Shown here in pieces: positions 62,556-64,000 of a stretch of DNA of 64,000 nucleotides. A program made the translations under genes and the position numbers. This DNA is from Emiliania huxleyi CCMP1516 (lineage: Eukaryota). The notes under the pieces are model-generated. The model saw only the letters and a program-made list of their open reading frames with translations. It was not told the DNA's origin and did no database searches. Each line of letters starts with the position of its first letter. Position 1 is the stretch's first letter. The stretch covers positions 310,001 to 374,000 of the forward strand of contig NW_005202303.1 of the NCBI RefSeq assembly GCF_000372725.1, in the 5' to 3' direction.

Positions 62556-64000
62556 CTAGCAGTTTTGGCCGAAGAGGGCCGCGAAGCGGCTCTCGATGTT
62601 GAGCGTGCGCGGGAAGAGGTTCGCTCCCAGCGCGTCCGTGGCGAAGGGCGCGTCGCTGCTGCCGGCGGGCGCCTTGAGCTCGAAGAGAACGCCGGCGATC
62701 GCCTTCCAGGGAGTCATCGGCCGCGCGCCCCCCGCCTTGCGCTTGGCTTGCTTCTTCACCTCGCGCAGGATCGCCATGTCCATCTTGCCTACAGACAGTG
62801 AACGGCGTACGGGCCCCAGAAGGGATGCGAGCAACGCGAGGAATAAATACGTGTGAAGACACGCGAGCGCGGCCAATCCTTCGCGCCCTTTTCGAGCGTT
62901 TCGCCCTTTGCGATCACCGCGTTGAGCTTGCGGTAGAACTTCTCCTCCTCGGTGAGCTCGGCGTCCGCCGCGGCCCGCGCGTTGATGACTGCGAAATCGG
63001 CCGCCTGCGCAGCCGCCGCGTCGCGGGAGCCGCCGGCCTGCCAGCCACCGCCGCGTGTGTGGCCGCCTACGAGAGAGAGAGAGAGCCGCGTGAGCGAGCG
63101 GAGCGGCGAGAGCGCCGCAGTCGCGCGCGGGGAGAAGCGCACGGCAGACGCCGCAAGGGCAGTCGTCGGGGTGCTTGCCTAGAGAGAGACAGAGAGCCGC
63201 GTGAGCGAGCGGAGCGGCGAGAGCGCCGCAGTCGCGCGCGGGGAGAAGCGCACCGCAGTTGCCGCAGGGGCAGTCGTCGGGGTGCTTGCCTGGGAGGGAG
63301 ACAGAGAGCCGCGTGAGCGAGCGGAGCGGCGAGAGCGCCGCAGTCGCGCGCGGGGAGAAGCGCACGGCAGACGCCGCACTCGCAGCCCTCCGCGTGCTTG
63401 CCTAGGGAGAGAGAGAGCCGCGTGAGCGAGCGGAGCGAGCGGAGCGAGCGGAGCGAGAGGAGGTCGGGCCGGTCTTGCCGCTGCCGAGGTAGAGCACTCC
63501 GAAGAGTTCGCGCATCACACTGCCATCCGCGTCGACGATGGAGAAGCACGGCGAGCTGCACGTCAAGTGCGACATCTGCAGGCCGAGGAGCGCGCGCGGC
63601 AGCTGCATCGCATAGTGCAGCCGCAGAGCGCCCGACGACTCGCCGAAGCCCACGCGGCTGCAGCCCTGCTCGCGGGCAGGAGAGCGGGTCGGATGGGGAA
63701 GGGGGCGGCGCGGCGGGCGGCGTGGAAGGGGTGAGCAGCCTGCTGCTGGAACAGCCAGAGCTGCACAAAGGCGGGCCGCGGTGGCTGCACAGGCGCGAAG
63801 CGGACGGTCACGGGCGCGTCGCGCGCGGGGAAAAAGGCAAAGTAGGCGGCGCTCCCGCCATTCTCGTACACGAGCGCCTTTGAGATCCCCGTGATGACGA
63901 GGAGCGACTTGTCGCTCAGCTTGAAGAGCTTGACGCTGTTCGCCGCGGCGTAGTCGAGCACTGCCTCGCGCAGCCGCGCGCTCTTGAAGACGACCACCAT
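62556..64000 (-). CDS. 5'-partial multi-exon protein with three GKHxxxCxCxxC micro-exons
   Basis: Exon-like segments at 63830-64000 and 63470-63655, three Cys/His micro-exons, then 62890-63066 and 62556-62788 (…SRFAALFGQNC*). Confidence 0.55.
63070..63432 (-). repeat. Three tandem ~117-bp exon+intron units
   Basis: GAGAGCCGCGTGAGCGAGCGGAGCGGCGAGAGCGCCGCAGTCGCGCGCGGGGAGAAGCGCAC occurs three times. Confidence 0.9.

Overview
GC-rich, intron-dense eukaryotic genomic DNA with one 100-N gap. Its style matches a haptophyte alga of the Emiliania/Gephyrocapsa type: GC/GA splice donors, intronic 10-11-mer and CCCTCA repeats, and haptophyte-type AP2 and helicase-associated (HA) domains. The taxon is an inference. 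About 22 protein-coding loci are visible. Recognisable ones are PRP3, POLD3/Cdc27, ABI, a CRIB-RhoGAP, a protein kinase, a YeiH/PSE transporter, an NHL-BTB protein, a triple-AP2 factor, a TspO-like membrane protein and a putative glycoside hydrolase. The most notable signals are: (1) three subfamilies of 5'-truncated RLE (CRE-like) non-LTR retroelements with readable target-site duplications (TSDs), an apparently missing CCHC knuckle and a 3' inverted repeat at the stop codon, each inserted co-oriented just upstream of a host ATG, one as three stacked insertions at a regenerated GGCTGTGAAC site; (2) a 4.4-kb orphan-ORF insertion with an 8-bp direct repeat that splits a host ORF in frame; (3) a MITE with terminal inverted repeats (TIRs) and an 8-bp TSD; (4) a chimeric ABM-HA gene whose linker is shared with a neighbouring gene; (5) many introns whose 5' ends are degenerate copies of the next exon's start, plus a shared GTGAA..TTCAC motif near intron 3' ends. 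Exon boundaries were read by eye and are approximate.
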